Notes under the pieces: generated by a model
What the model saw: only the letters and a program-made list of their open reading frames with translations
What the model was told of the DNA's origin: nothing
The model's database searches: none
Assembly (NCBI RefSeq): GCF_006345805.1
Contig: NC_043009.1
Coordinates: 9,982,001 to 10,046,000 of the forward strand
DNA: 64,000 nt
Origin: Octopus sinensis
Lineage: Eukaryota
Direction of reading: 5' to 3'
Program-made: the position numbers and the translations under genes
In this document: piece by piece, positions 11,990-26,301 of the stretch
Layout: each line of letters starts with the position of its first letter
Position numbering within the stretch: position 1 is the stretch's first letter

Positions 11990-13365
11990 ATATATTATAC
12001 ACTTTACATAGGCATGGCTTTTGTATTTAAGTTTGTTCCATGACTACAGGCTTTTGGTTTAATCCTGCTGAGTGGCACCATGAACAATCTTCTATTCTAG
12101 CTTCATATTTGGCAATACTTAATGAATGCTGTTCAATAAATAAAACTGTGCAGAGGGCCGTCGTGTGTGTGTGTTGTGTGTTTCATTGATATAACACTAG
12201 TTGAATAATTGGTGTTGTGTCGAAAGAAACTAAATTACTTGATAAAATATAAACCAAGATAAGAATTAGGTACCGGGGTTGATATAACTGACTAAAATAC
12301 TTTTGAAGTTAGTGCTCCAACATGGCCACAGCCAATGATTAAAACTAGGAAAAGAGTATCATCATCATCATGATCATTCATGTTTTACAGGCTATTGTAC
12401 AGATCCTTATTACAGTGATATCCACTTACCCTTAATTGAGTGTTATCTAGAGTATGCACATCCATAGTGCAACTTGGTTCCCCCACTCACCTCCGTTTTG
12501 TTATCTTGTGTGCAGGTCTGTAACATAGCATGTCTACCCCATCCTCCACAACCCTGTCTTATCTGGCTTGTGAAGACACACATCCTTAAATATAACCAAA
12601 TATAACCCTAAGTCTTGATTTTCCTTTGCTTTGTTAATGTGTCTCAATCTTTCCCATGGCACTCCATCACATTATAAGTGCTCTCCTCCCGTGCACTTTT
12701 ATCAAGGACTAATCACTTTTTACTTTTAACTTTTACACTACAACACATCCAACAGTTTATGCTTGTTTCTTTCCAGCCTTTGATAATACTCTTCGTTTAA
12801 CACTCGTGGCTGTGCATTACAGCCACATGATTTCCAGTTCAGTCCCACTGTGTGGCATCTTTAGTAGCATGTGTGTTCTACATAACCTCCAGGCCAACTA
12901 AAGGCCTTATGAGTGGATTTGTTTGATGGTAACTAAAATAAACCTTTCCTATGTATAGCACAAGTGTGACTGTGTGGTAACAAGCTTGCTTCCCAACCAC
13001 ATAGTTCCAAGTTCAGTCCCATTATGTGGCACCCCAGACAAGTGTCTTCTACTATAGCCTCAAGTCAATGAAAGCTTTGTGAGTGGATTTGATAAATGGA
13101 AGCTGAAAGAAGTCCATTGTGTATGTATGTGTGTGTGTGTGTGCGTGTCTTAGTGTCAGCGTTTGTCCCCCCTACTTGATAACTGGTGTTGGTGTGTTTA
13201 CGTCCCTGTAACTTAGCAATTTGGCAAAGACCAATAGAATAAGTACCAGGCTTAAAGAAAAAGGTAAAAAATAAATGCTGGGGTTGATTCAACTAAAATT
13301 TCTTCAGGGCGGTGCCCCAGCAGGGCCACAGCCTATGGACCGAAACAAGTAAAAGATAATGTATG

Positions 13366-13578
13366 CAAAGAGGTGCTGAAAAGTTTCTGACTTTAAGAGA
13401 AAATACAGGAGGATCAGTTAATTATGATTCTATCCAACATATTCCCCTCTCAGATTCACACACTTATTGCAGCGGTCCTTCAGTTTTTCTAAGCCCTGTA
13501 AAAGAACACGGAGGGTTGGGCCTCCAATAAGGCCTTCTGTGACACCCTTAAAATGAAGAACTTTTCAGCACCCCCTCG
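13366..13578. mobile_element. Mariner-type MITE
   Basis: Inverted ends GAGGTGCTGAAAAGTT...TTTAAG / CTTAAAA...AACTTTTCAGCACCCCCTCG. Confidence 0.6.
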
Positions 13579-14318
13579 TGTGTGTATCAGTGTGTGTCTC
13601 CTTGTCTTGACAACATGCATGTCACCATAATACAAGCATCCTTTCTTTCCAATCTTCTGTTAAACAAGTGTGGACGTATGGCAACAAAGAAATGTTACCA
13701 TGCTTGGAAATAGAAACTCTGTTGAGCCAACAAAAAATCCCCAGTGTGGTTGTTTGGCTTGCTAGAAATAGCACCCAAATCTCCCTCTCCCACAAATCAC
13801 ACTTGATAATTTATTAAAAGAAAATAAAAATACTTTGGATATACAGTCTTAAAGAATAAGTGAGATAGTCCTGTTTGGAACGTCTTTTAACTTAGACCTG
13901 CTTGGTTATTGTTGACCTGGGTCCAGTCAATAACAGCAGCTTAGTCTTGTGTGTTGAGCCAAAAGAGTTAGCTTGCATGGTTGTCATTGAGTTGCTTGAT
14001 AATGCTGAGATGGTCACTACTGGGATGTCTTTGATCTTAGTTATACTTGACCTGGAGCTAAACAACTATCTCGTGCATGTGTGTGTGTGTGTACAATAAT
14101 TTGTTGCTAGTGATATATGAGTAAAAAAAATAAATGTAAGATGTACCGGCATGTCACCTGAGTTTAGTATTTGCCTGGCTATTGTATTCATGTCAGCTTA
14201 ACACACTTAAATGCTGTGCAAGTTCAGGATTAGTGGTTGCAGGGCTCCCTCCCACTTAAAGGAGGATTAAAAAGTTTTTTGTTAATACTTTCTTTAGATA
14301 GTTGTGAGATGAACTTTA

Positions 14319-14474
14319 TAGGCACAGGAGTGGCTGTGTGGTAAGTAGATTGCTTGCCAACCACATGGTTCCGGGTTCAGTCTGTGGCACCTTGGGCAAG
14401 TGTCTTCTATAGCCTCGGGCCGACCAAAGCCTTTTGAGTGGATTTGGTAGATGGAAACTGAAAGAAGCTCATTG

Positions 14475-14513
<39 letters not shown>

Positions 14514-14730
14514 GTTTATGTGTCTGTGTTTGTCCCCCAACATAGCTTGACAACCGATGGTGGTGTGTTTACGTCCCTGTAACTTAGCAGTTCGGCAAAA
14601 AGAGACCGATAGAATAAGTACTACGCTTACAAAGAATAAGTCCTGGGGTCGATCTGATCGACTAAAGGCGGTGCTCCAGCATGGCCACAGTCAAATGACT
14701 GAAACAAGTAAAAGAGAGTAAAAAGAGAGA
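14319..14730 (+). mobile_element. tRNA-derived CORE-like SINE (family A) with internal (TA)n(TG)n; about 20 copies in the window
   Basis: Head GGAGTGGCTGTGTGGTAAG...GGTTCAGTC, core GGCACCTTGGGCAAGT, tail GCTCCAGCATGGCC...GAAACAAGTAAAAGAG. Other copies near 12955, 17990, 23385, 29716, 36110, 45662, 46837, 56545, 59780. Confidence 0.88.
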
Positions 14731-16022
14731 AATAGATTGTTTATCCCTTTAGCATTCAGATTATCCTGTCACATACATAGCTTATGTATTCTCATTGTTT
14801 TGAATTAATCATACATTATCTTGTAGCTTTGAGATTTCTATGATGCATTTGTTTACTTTTAGAATGACATTGCTGGGTAGGTATGAGAGGCCTGATCCAG
14901 TTAGTTTGAACATAAACAGGTAGAATATTTGGGTCTGATATGGGTGGTTTGAATGGTAAAGGGTTAACCAATTTCATTTAGAAATTTTGGTTAGACTTGA
15001 AGGCAATGGTAGAAGATATTTGCTCAATGTGCCATGCGTTGAGGGTCTCAGGCCTAGAACTATATAAAGAAAACTTATGAACCAAATAGCCATACCCTTT
15101 GGTTTATAATGGATGTGCAATAAAATAGAAAATGTTGGCATATAAATAAATTAAAATAAAGCATCTAAAAAAAATCCACTTTCTCTGCTGCTTGTGTTTC
15201 TAATCAAAAATTGTAATCTTTATCAATGATGAAGATTGAAGCAAATTCAGTTATAAATATTCATTCTATATTGTTTCAGGTCATATCATCATCATTATCA
15301 TCGTTTAACGTCTGCTTTCTATGCTAGCATCGGTTGGACGATTTGACTGAGGTCTGGCAAACCAGATGGCTGCACCAGACTCCAATCTGATTTGGCTGAG
15401 TTTCTACAGATGGATGCCCTTCCTAATTCCAACCACTCCAAGAGTGTAGTGGGTGCTTTTACGTGCCACCGGCATGAGGGCCAGTTAGGTGGTACTGGCA
15501 ATGGCCACGCTCAAATGGTGCTTTTTATGTGCCACCTGCACAGGAGCCAGTCCAGCGGCACTGGCAACAACCTCGCTTGAATGTTTTTTCATGTGCCACC
15601 AGCACAAGTGCCAGTAAGACAACGCAGGTAACAATCATGCTCGAATGGTGCTTTTTACGTGCCATTGGCACAGAGGCCAGTTTGTTGCTCTGGCAATGAT
15701 CTCACTTGTATGGTACTCTTAGCGCTCCACTAGCAACGGATGCCAGTCATTGAATTTGTTTTCGATTTCACTTGCCTCAACAGGTCTTCGCAATATTTAT
15801 TTTTATGTATTTGACTGAATCTCTGAAGGGTGTTGTGTATGTACATACATGCATACATACATATATATGTATATATATAAATAAATAAATGAATTACATG
15901 GATATGTTGTATGTGGAATCATATTTGTAGAAAATAGAAATAAACAGTCTTTGACTGCTATTTCTGATTTTTTGGTATGTGGCTAAGCAAGCTGCTGCTT
16001 GCCCCCGTTTTATATATATATA

Positions 16023-16056
<34 letters not shown>

Positions 16057-17548
16057 GTTTATGTGTCTGTGTTTGTCCCCCAACATAGCTTGACACCGAT
16101 GGTGGTGTGTTTACGTCCCTGTAACTTAGCAGTTCGGCAAAAAGAGACCGATAGAATAAGTACTACGCTTACAAAGAATAAGTCCTGGGGTCGATCTGAT
16201 CGACTAAAGGCGGTGCTCCAGCATGGCCACAGTCAAATGACTGAAACAAGTAAAAGAGAGTAAAAAGAGAGAAATAGATTGTTTATCCCTTTAGCATTCA
16301 GATTATCCTGTCACATACATAGCTTATGTATTCTCATTGTTTTGAATTAATCATACATTATCTTGTAGCTTTGAGATTTCTATGATGCATTTGTTTACTT
16401 TTAGAATGACATTGCTGGGTAGGTATGAGAGGCCTGATCCAGTTAGTTTGAACATAAACAGGTAGAATATTTGGGTCTGATATGGGTGGTTTGAATGGTA
16501 AAGGGTTAACCAATTTCATTTAGAAATTTTGGTTAGACTTGAAGGCAATGGTAGAAGATATTTGCTCAATGTGCCATGCGTTGAGGGTCTCAGGCCTAGA
16601 ACTATATAAAGAAAACTTATGAACCAAATAGCCATACCCTTTGGTTTATAATGGATGTGCAATAAAATAGAAAATGTTGGCATATAAATAAATTAAAATA
16701 AAGCATCTAAAAAAAATCCACTTTCTCTGCTGCTTGTGTTTCTAATCAAAAATTGTAATCTTTATCAATGATGAAGATTGAAGCAAATTCAGTTATAAAT
16801 ATTCATTCTATATTGTTTCAGGTCATATCATCATCATTATCATCGTTTAACGTCTGCTTTCTATGCTAGCATCGGTTGGACGATTTGACTGAGGTCTGGC
16901 AAACCAGATGGCTGCACCAGACTCCAATCTGATTTGGCTGAGTTTCTACAGATGGATGCCCTTCCTAATTCCAACCACTCCAAGAGTGTAGTGGGTGCTT
17001 TTACGTGCCACCGGCATGAGGGCCAGTTAGGTGGTACTGGCAATGGCCACGCTCAAATGGTGCTTTTTATGTGCCACCTGCACAGGAGCCAGTCCAGCGG
17101 CACTGGCAACAACCTCGCTTGAATGTTTTTTCATGTGCCACCAGCACAAGTGCCAGTAAGACAACGCAGGTAACAATCATGCTCGAATGGTGCTTTTTAC
17201 GTGCCATTGGCACAGAGGCCAGTTTGTTGCTCTGGCAATGATCTCACTTGTATGGTACTCTTAGCGCTCCACTAGCAACGGATGCCAGTCATTGAATTTG
17301 TTTTCGATTTCACTTGCCTCAACAGGTCTTCGCAATATTTATTTTTATGTATTTGACTGAATCTCTGAAGGGTGTTGTGTATGTACATACATGCATACAT
17401 ACATATATATGTATATATATAAATAAATAAATGAATTACATGGATATGTTGTATGTGGAATCATATTTGTAGAAAATAGAAATAAACAGTCTTTGACTGC
17501 TATTTCTGATTTTTTGGTATGTGGCTAAGCAAGCTGCTGCTTGCCCCC

Positions 17549-17553
<5 letters not shown>
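14477..17553. repeat. Near-identical 1,542-bp direct tandem duplication
   Basis: About 14477-16010 repeats at about 16011-17553 (identical ORFs at 15319 and 16861, offset 1542). Both breakpoints lie in (TA)n. Confidence 0.95.
14741..14967. mobile_element. piggyBac-type MITE family F1 (about 225 bp); older copies near 7870, 16283, 20345, 22683, 29265, 38640, 47700, 52679, 61470
   Basis: CCCTTTAGCATTCAGATTA...TTTGAATGGTAAAGGG-TTAA termini; the same internal sequence recurs about 10 times in both orientations. Confidence 0.75.
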
Positions 17554-17584
<31 letters not shown>

Positions 17585-17775
17585 TTTTTTTTAAAAAGTT
17601 CCTACCAATAATTTACATACTGAAATCTACCCGAAAATAATTGTTGGTTTTCTAAAATTGATAATTATTTACCCTTATATTATTAATTATGTATATGTGT
17701 ATGTATATGTGTGTGTGTGTGTGTATGTATGTATATGTGTGTGTGTATGTATATATGTGTGTGTGTGTGTGTATG

Positions 17776-17822
<47 letters not shown>

Positions 17823-18221
17823 CTGTAACAAACCTCTTCCCAATACCCCCACCTTCCCCACCTATACTCACCATTGGCTATATTCCCTTCCATCTCCTTA
17901 TCTCCATTGTTTGTCCCTCAACAGATCTCCCTAGTAACCGCTACCCACTCCTTAACTACACAACTATGTTTGAGCTTGTAGCTGTTTCTTATCTTTTACC
18001 TTTTACTTGTTTCAGTCACTGGACTGCGGCCATGCTGGGGCACTGCCTTGATGAATTTAGTTAAGCAAATTGATCCCAGTATTTATTTTCCTTAATTTTG
18101 GTATTTAATCATGGTTTTTTGCTGAACTGCTAAGTTATAGGGACATCAATAAACCAACACCAGTTGTCAAGTAAGTGGTGGACAAACAGAGAAACAAAGA
18201 CACATACGCACATATATATGA

Positions 18222-18707
18222 CTGAGACCTTTGGAGATATGCTGTGACTGAGAAGACCCAGCAAGTAAAGTGGGATCACAGCCATAACCTATCCTAGTGT
18301 CACATAACCACCTCGTTTAAAAGTACCTTTGAATCATCGGGCGATGCAGTGTTTAAGAAGACTTAATGAGTCAAGTAAAATCAAATCAAGATTGAAATCA
18401 AAATGGAAATTGTAGTTGTGGCCAATGCCAGTGCCGCCTGACTGGGTCCCCGTGCTGGTGGCACGTAAAAAGCACCATATGAATGTGGCTGATGCCAGGT
18501 GCCCTCTCCCGACTCCTGTGCTGGTAGCACATAAAAAGTACCTGCTACACTCTTGGAGTGGTTGGCATTAGGAAAGGAATCCAACTGTAGAAACCTTGCC
18601 AGGTCAAATTGGAGTCTTGTGTAGCCTACAAGCTTGCCAGTCCTTAGTCAAACTGTCCAACCCATGCCAGCATGGAAAACGGACGTTAAATGATGATGAT
18701 GATGATA
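18222..18707 (+). mobile_element. Longer family E copy retaining the probable ORF end (DLWRYAVTEKT)
   Basis: GACCTTTGGAGATATGCTGTG...GAGAAGACC resembles an RTE-clade C-terminus and precedes the same UTR and (TGA)n tail. Confidence 0.6.
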
Positions 18708-21700
18708 ATGTTTCTTTTAGTTTCTGTTTATCAAATCCACTCACAAGGCTTTGGTCAATCTGAGACTATGATAGAAGACAGTTGTCTGAAGTGCTACACT
18801 GTGGGTCTGAACCCAGGACCATGTCGTTAAGAAACAAACCCTTTATCACACACCCAGGCCTGTACCTTGTCAGATATTTTTCTCATTCAATTCACGCTAA
18901 GCATTATCCTTCTCGTGGGTCTTACTCAAAGACTTTCTTCAACTGACATTGTTTTAAAAGATAATTCAATACTTTTACTGGATTTTCGTTGATTTTTCAT
19001 AGAGATTCAATTGTCATTTAATTTTTTCATCTGTAACTGAAGATTCTTTAACTCCCAGATATTGAGTATTTCATATTGGTGCTGGTTAAATGGTGAGACA
19101 ATGGTACAACAAAGTTTCAGATGAACTTTGACTGCAACATGTGAAAGTACTTCACCATTCTCATGTTGCTGTAATACTTAGCAAAGGTTCAAATATCAAA
19201 TTTTCTTGTTTGAGTTTCTCTTTGAAAGAAGGAAAAAAAAAAAAAAGATTCAAACAAAACAGGAAACACTACACTAGTGACTCCTAGGTGACCTAATTAA
19301 TAATGAAGTAAGATGTTCTGGAAGCATAATTAATTAGAGTAAGAACCCTCATCATTATTTTGAGTCCATGTCCCATGCTGGTATGGGTTGACTGTTTTGA
19401 CAGGATCTGATGGGAGCCAAGGACTGGATTGTGCTCCAGTGACTGCTCTACTTCAGCATGGTATCTAATGCCAACCACATCAAAGTGCACTGGATCCTTT
19501 CCTTTTTGTGTCACCAGCACTAATTGAGGTCGCCATGCAGCTTGTATAATTAAAGATCGACATTCTGTCAATTATGACGATGAGGGTTCTGGTTGATCCA
19601 ATCAGTGGACAGCCTGCTCATGAAATTACCATGCAAGTGGCTGAGTACTCCACAGACACACGTACCCTTAACACAGTTCTGAAGGAGAATCAGCATGACA
19701 CAGGAATGTGACATGGTTGACTCTTTCAAATATAGGTACTGCTCCATCATGCCAGCTGATTCAACTGGAACAGCATGAAATAAAGTGTTTTGCTCAAGGA
19801 CACAATGTGTTGCCGGGAATTGAACTCACAACCTTACAGTTGTGAGCCAAATACCCTAACCACTAAACCATGTGAATTTGTAAAACTATAAACTTCAAGT
19901 GGCAATGGGGAAGGGGAACTTCATACTAGGAGGATAAGGTAAAGTAAGTTACCCTCCCGAGTCATGCCAACTTATAAGGGCTGGTTTCCTTGGTAATATA
20001 CGTTCCCCACCTGGACAGGGTGCTGTTCTGTTGCAGGATTCCCCACTTTTGTCGGCTGAGTAAACTAGCAGGGGGTCACATAGGTTGTGGGCTCATTTGA
20101 AGGAGGGGAAGGGTCAGACTGGAGTTGCCGGAAGGCTCAGAGAATGGTGCATTGGAGAGGTAGGGTGGAGGGGTGGTAGGTGAGGGAAACAAGAGACAGG
20201 TGACGGCGGGGTGGGTGCGGGGAGAGAGAGCAGAAGTACGGTTGATGGTACGTGCTCTGGCAAGGGCGGTGTGGATAGTGGTGTCTTTCCCAGAACCATC
20301 CACATGTAACTCCTATGTTTTCTGCTCGCCTCTCTTCTTTCTATAACCATTTAGCATTTAAACCAGCCCATATCTCACCCAATTATTCTTCTTGTTTTAT
20401 GTTCAAACCTGCCACATCTAGCTTCTCCCCTATCCTATAATGTCATTCTAAAAATAAACAATTACATCAGAACCTTGAAGCTACAAGGTAATGCATAATT
20501 AATTCTAAAGAACGTGAATAACTGTGCATTACATTTAGCAGAGTAATCTGAATAGAGTTAAGCTTCCTGCAATAACCAAGTTCCATTGATGTCACACATG
20601 TCAAAGCAAAAAAAAAAAGTCATTAAATTCTTTATATACACATAAGGGTATATCAGTTTTTAGAATAAGTACACTGTACCCCTGTGTGTTGTGAGAAGGA
20701 ACTAAACTGGTTCGTATCAGGAAGGGTGTCTGACCATAGATCACTGTCTCGAAAAAGTGCCATCTGACTTTTACCAGCATGGAAAAGTGGATAGAAAAAT
20801 GCATGGTGATTACATATCTTTTACATCATTAAGATACCACACAAAAGATAAGTTTCCCCGTTCACAAAAATACTTCCTCTCTGGAAATATGATAACTCTG
20901 TCTTAATGCCGTATTGCATTGCTTGTCTTCATGTCATGTATCGTTGACTAAATCAACTTGCAAGAATAGCTAGCCCTCCACTCTATATGCTGCATATACC
21001 CATAGGAACAACCGACCTCAAGTTTATCAACAAAACACTCTTGTAAATAAATATATATTTCTTTACTACCCACAAGGAGCTAAACACAGAGGGGACAAAC
21101 AAGGACAGACAGAGGGTTAAGTCGATTACATCGACCCCAGTGCGTAACTGGTACTTAATTTATCGACCTTGGCAGAATTTGAACTCAGAACGTAACGGCA
21201 GACGAAATACGGCTACGCATTTTGCCCGGCGTGTTAACGTTTCTGCTAGCTCTCCGCCTAAATAAATATATATAAGCAGTCTAAAGGTTAAGTAGACGGG
21301 ATTAGGTTGTTATAGATTTGAAAGAGTTAAATAACCTTTTGGTTCTGGGTGTGATACAGACCTGCAGACCTCTTGATTGGTTGTTAAGTTTTTTGCCAAC
21401 CTAATCATTTACATTCACAATTTATCCAAACAAAGCTCAAATTCGCTTTATGCAGAGTACCCGTCCCACTAACAGCCACTGGGTATAGAAATAGTATTGT
21501 TTGTTTCCTTGATGTGTGTAAGTACTGGTGTTTTGATGGTGTCTCGACTGAGACCGTGCAGATTTCATGAGCTGTCTTAAGGTTGCATGTGAGGGCATCT
21601 TGTGCATGCAAGATTAGAGAGGAATGAAGTGTGTGTGTGATTAGAAGTAACAGGATTAGACCATTAAAGAAGAGAGGAGTGTAAGCAAAATACAAGGTGA

Positions 21701-21771
21701 CAGAGCACATGAGTGTTAATACAATGTGGGTCAAAAAGACAACATGGATGCCATCTGCTGATGGTGCTGCT

Positions 21772-22158
21772 GCTGCTGTTGTTGCTGTTGAGTGAACGGT
21801 CTTCATTCCAGAGCTCGCAAGATGGGAGAAGTCCGAAACGTGGTCCTTTGCTATTCGTAAGACCCGCAGAGGAGAAAGCAGGTCAACCCCCGACACCGAG
21901 AGCATCGACGGATGGATGAATGCGCATCCAGGCTCAGCGGTTGCGTAGGAAGTCTGGGACAAGAAACAGGAAGAAAGAGTGAGAGAAAGTTGGGGCGAAA
22001 GAGTACAACAGGGGTCACCACCACCCCCTGCCGGAGCCTTGTGGAGCTTTTGGTGTTTTCGCTCAATAAACACACACAACGCCCAGTCTGGGAATCGAAA
22101 CCGCAATCCTCCGACCGCGAGTCCGCTGCCCTAACCATTGGGCCATTGCGCTTCCACT
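21772..22158 (-). mobile_element. SINE family D copy
   Basis: Highly similar to 5853-6243, with 16-bp TSD TGCTGATGGTGCTGCT (21756-21771 / 22159-22174). Confidence 0.88.
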
Positions 22159-22356
22159 TGCTGATGGTGCTGCTTGATAGGGAACTTCAAATTTAGGAGG
22201 TCAGAAATGGGTGGAACTTGTTGGTTAGCAATTTTGTAGAGGATTCTTTTACTAAAGATGACCATAGGCTTGGTTGATCTAGTTTTATTGCTCTAGTTTC
22301 AATGACCTGCACCTGTCAACTGTATTTGTAATGAACCAACAAGAGAACCTTTATAT

Positions 22357-22617
22357 TAGTGTTTCTCAACTGATTATTTTTACCTGTGGTCCCCTTTGAT
22401 TACTATTTTATTCAGATGGACCCTCATAGCTATTCAATGTTTAAAAAAACATCCTATTATATTTTTATTGTTAAATATCATTAGCAATTGTATCAAAGAA
22501 ATTGCTAAAATATTTTGTTTATGGTAGAAGTGAAACCAATTTATTGCAAACATATTTTAAGAATAAAATCTTCTGTGGACCCTCAAGGGTCATATGAACC
22601 CTGGTTGAGAACCTCTG
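22357..22617. mobile_element. hAT (Charlie-type) MITE
   Basis: TAGTGTTTCTCAAC...GTTGAGAACCTCTG termini and a degenerate 8-bp TSD CTTTATAT / CTTTACAG. Confidence 0.65.
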
Positions 22618-23975
22618 CTTTACAGGGTTGCTTGATGTTCTATCATCTTAAAATACATAAAAGAAAAAAAAAAAAGACTCATCAAGCATTCAGATTATTC
22701 TGGCAAATGTAATGCTTAATAACTCATATTGTTTTGAATTAAACATGGATTATCATGTTGCTTCAAGATTTTGATGATGCGACTGTTTATTTTTAAGCAT
22801 GGCATTATAGGTTTGGTGTAAGAGGCTGGATCTGGCCAATTTGCACAGAAAACAAGTAGAATATTTTGGTCATATCTGGCCGGTTTAAATAGTAAAAGGT
22901 TAAGTTACAATTAAAAGTATGAGACAGTCATAGTCCTGATTGAAGAGGTCTTTAATCATAAGTCTGCTCAATCAGGGCTGACTCAATCTGAACAACAGCC
23001 TGTTTATGAACCAAGGAGGTAACCTCTTTGCTCTCTAAGCCTTCGAGGGATAACAGCCAAATCTCCCTCAAAGAATGCATTTTCTACTCTCTTAAAATTA
23101 AAAGGGATAATATACAATGGCTGTGGTTGTGGTAAGCAGCTTGCTTCCCAACCACATCGTTCCGGGTTCAGTCCCACTGTGAGGCACCTTGGTCAAGTGT
23201 CTTCTCGTATAGCCTCAAGCTGACCAAAATCATAAATCTGTGAATAGGTAAATGTTACTGTAATTGCTTAGCTCCAGGTGAGCTCTCACCTAGCAGACTT
23301 AGGATCAAAAGGTGTTCCATCCATAACCATCCTTATCATTTTAGAAGTAGTTCTCACACATACTCAATCTAAGATTATTCTGTTATTCTTTTACTTGTTT
23401 CAGTCATTTGACTGTGACCATTCAGGGGCACCACCTTGAGTTTTATTTCAACAAATTGACCCCAAGACTTATTTTTTAAGCCTAGTACTTATTCCATTGG
23501 TCTATTTTGTAAAACTGCTGAGTTATGGGGATGTAAACACACCAACATTGGTTAAGTGGTGTTGGGGGACAAACACAGATGCAAAGATACACACTGAGAT
23601 ATATATATATGTGTGTGTGTGTGTTTATATGTGTGTGTGTGTATTTATATATGTGCGTGTGTTTATATATGTGTGTGTGTGTGTGTGTGGTGTGTATATG
23701 TATGATGGGCTTCTTTCAGTTTTTGTGTATCAAATCCACTCTCAGGGCTTTGGTTGTCGAAGATGCCACGTAATGGGATTGAACCCTGAACCATGTGGTT
23801 AAGAAGTAAGCCTCTTACCACACAACCATGCCTGCAGAGAATAAATTACTAAAATTTCTGGGTTTTTGAAATATGGCTTCTGTCATAAGGAATGAAAGTA
23901 ATTATTTGTTTAACATACAAAACTAGTGAAAAACCCTATTCAGCACAGTTGTATTTCCTTATTGTGTGTTTATAT

Positions 23976-24137
23976 AGGCACAGGAGTGGCTGTGTGGTAA
24001 GTAGCTTGCTTACCATCCACATGGTTCCGGGTTCATTCCCACTGCATGGCACCTTGGGCAAGTGTCTTCTACTATAGCCTCGGGCTGATCAAAGCCTTGT
24101 GAGAGGATTTGGTAGACGGAAACTGAAAGAAGCCCGT

Positions 24138-24184
<47 letters not shown>

Positions 24185-24410
24185 GTGTGTATATGTTTGT
24201 GTGTCTGTATTTGTCCCCCTCAACATCTCTTGATAACCGATGCTGGTGTGTTTACATCACTGTAACTTAGCAGTTCATCAAAAGAGACCGATAGAATAAG
24301 TACTATGCTTACAAAGAATAAGTCCTGGGGTCGGTTTGCCCGACTATGTCGGTGCTCCAGCATGGCCACAGTCAAATAACTGAAACAAGTAAAAGAGTAA
24401 AGAGTCAAGA
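23976..24410 (+). mobile_element. SINE family A copy (head-to-head with 23385-23835)
   Basis: Full-length match to family A. Confidence 0.85.
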
Positions 24411-24962
24411 GTATATATAAATGAGGAGGGCAAGTGAGTGTGCATAGCACAGGATGTATTTTATCTAAACTTGGACACTGTTCTGTTAGTAACTTAGTAA
24501 CTATAAACATTGTATTGTTATCACATTCCAGTGTAAGGCTTGCTCAGAAATTAAACCCATTGCTTACTTTGTTTCCAAAGCCTAATTTTTGACTTCACTT
24601 TTTGCTTGTTTTGTGTTAACGTTTCACAAACATAAATCTCTGAAAGATTACAGTATTCAGTTATAAAGTAGGGTATCTATCTAAAATGCTTCACTGGAAT
24701 TTGCTTGTATGAACAAGAATGTATTTTTTTTTTGTTTATTTTGTTCCTGATATATGTATTTATATTTAGTTACGACTAGTGGGTGCAGACATGGCTGTGT
24801 GGTTAAGAATCTTGCATTTGTGACCACGTGGTTTTGGATTAAGTATGTCTCACTGTGTGGTACCTTGGGCAAGTGTCTTTTACTATAGCCCCAGGCTGAC
24901 CACTACCTTGTGTGTGAATTTGGTAGATGTAAACAGTGGAACCGTGTGTGTGTGTACGTGTA

Positions 24963-25336
24963 TCTCTATTTATATAAATGGCAAAATGTCTGTCTGTGAG
25001 TGTGTGTGTCCTTTATACAAATCCACAATTTTTCAGTTAGAGGGCTCGCACTTTCTATGGTCATTCAAAACCGTCCAAGGGTGGTCGTGCACATCTTTAC
25101 ATTTCCCCAGTCACCCCGCAAAGCCATTAAAAAATCAATAGAAGTGACATTTTTTTGTGAATTTTCTATCCAAAACTCAATCAAAATGTCCGAAACTTGA
25201 TACGCCAATTGAATGCCAGCAGGCTGTATGTGATCGGTTGGAGATTTGGACAGTACTCGCATGTATGTGCGCACGCACATAGCTGTATATGCATGCACTA
25301 GCACTATGACCTGGCATTGCCGGGTCATAGTGCTAG
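24963..25336 (+). mobile_element. Non-autonomous Helitron
   Basis: A|TC start, CTAG|T end, 3' hairpin, no TSD. Three homologous copies in the window. Confidence 0.85.
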
Positions 25337-26301
25337 TGTATAATATATATAAGTATGTGTGTGTGAAGACACATGGCCTAGTTGTTAGGGTGTTGCATTC
25401 ACGATTATGAGATCATCGGTTCAGTTCCTAGACCTGGTGATGCGGTTTCGTCTTCAGGAAAACACTTCATCTTATGGTGCTCTGTGATCGCTTCGACACC
25501 TTATTTCTTTACTACCCACAAGGGGCTAAACATAGAGGGGACAAACAAGGACAGACAAACGGATTAAGCCGATTACATCGACCCCCAGTGCGTAACTGGT
25601 ACTTAATTTATCGACCCCGAAAGGATGAAAGGCAAAGTCAACCTCGGCAGAATTTGTACTCAGAATGTAACGGCAGACGAAATACGGCTACGCATTTCGC
25701 CCAGCGTGCTAACGATTCTGCCAGCTCGCCGCCCTGATGCGTGGCGCACTGTGCACCTGCTCAAGCAACATTGATTTGAAGGCGAGAGTTAGTGCTAATG
25801 TACAGCATATATGTTTGATCATAATAAACAAATCATTTGTGCTGGTTGTTTGGCAAAAAGCTGAACACTCTTATGTCATCATCCTTTAACGTCCGCTTTC
25901 CATGCTAGCATGGGTTGGACAATTTGACTGAGGACTCGCGAACCAGAAGGCTGCACCAAGCTCCTATCTTGGTCTGGCAGAGTTTCCACAGCTGGATGCC
26001 CTTCCTAACACCAACCACTCCGAGAGTGTAGTGGGTGCTTTTACGTACCACTGGCGCGAGTGCCAGTCAGGCGGTACTGCCAATGGCCATGCTCAAATGG
26101 TGTTTTTTATGTGCCACCTGCATAGGAACCTGTCCAGTGGCACTGGCAACGACCTTGCTCGGATGTTTTTTCACGTGCCACCGGCACAAGTGTCAGTAAG
26201 GCGACACTGGTAATGATCACTCTCAAATGGTGCTTTTTACGTGCCCAGTAAATATAATGATGGTGGAGAATACTCATCCCAAACACCACTTTAAAACTTA
26301 T

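Noticed and set aside
17652-18064. ORFs rich in CV/HT/YI repeats (also about 40100-41430, 44100-44620, 57560-58080)
   Set aside because: They are translations of (CA)n/(TA)n microsatellites and SINEs.
20095-20320. G-rich tract with G-quadruplex potential and Pro-rich ORFs
   Set aside because: Looks like an isolated retroelement fragment; no splice or coding support.
21405-22106. 233-aa ORF, the longest in the track
   Set aside because: It starts inside a family D SINE with a TSD and runs into degenerate repeat sequence; no recognisable domain.
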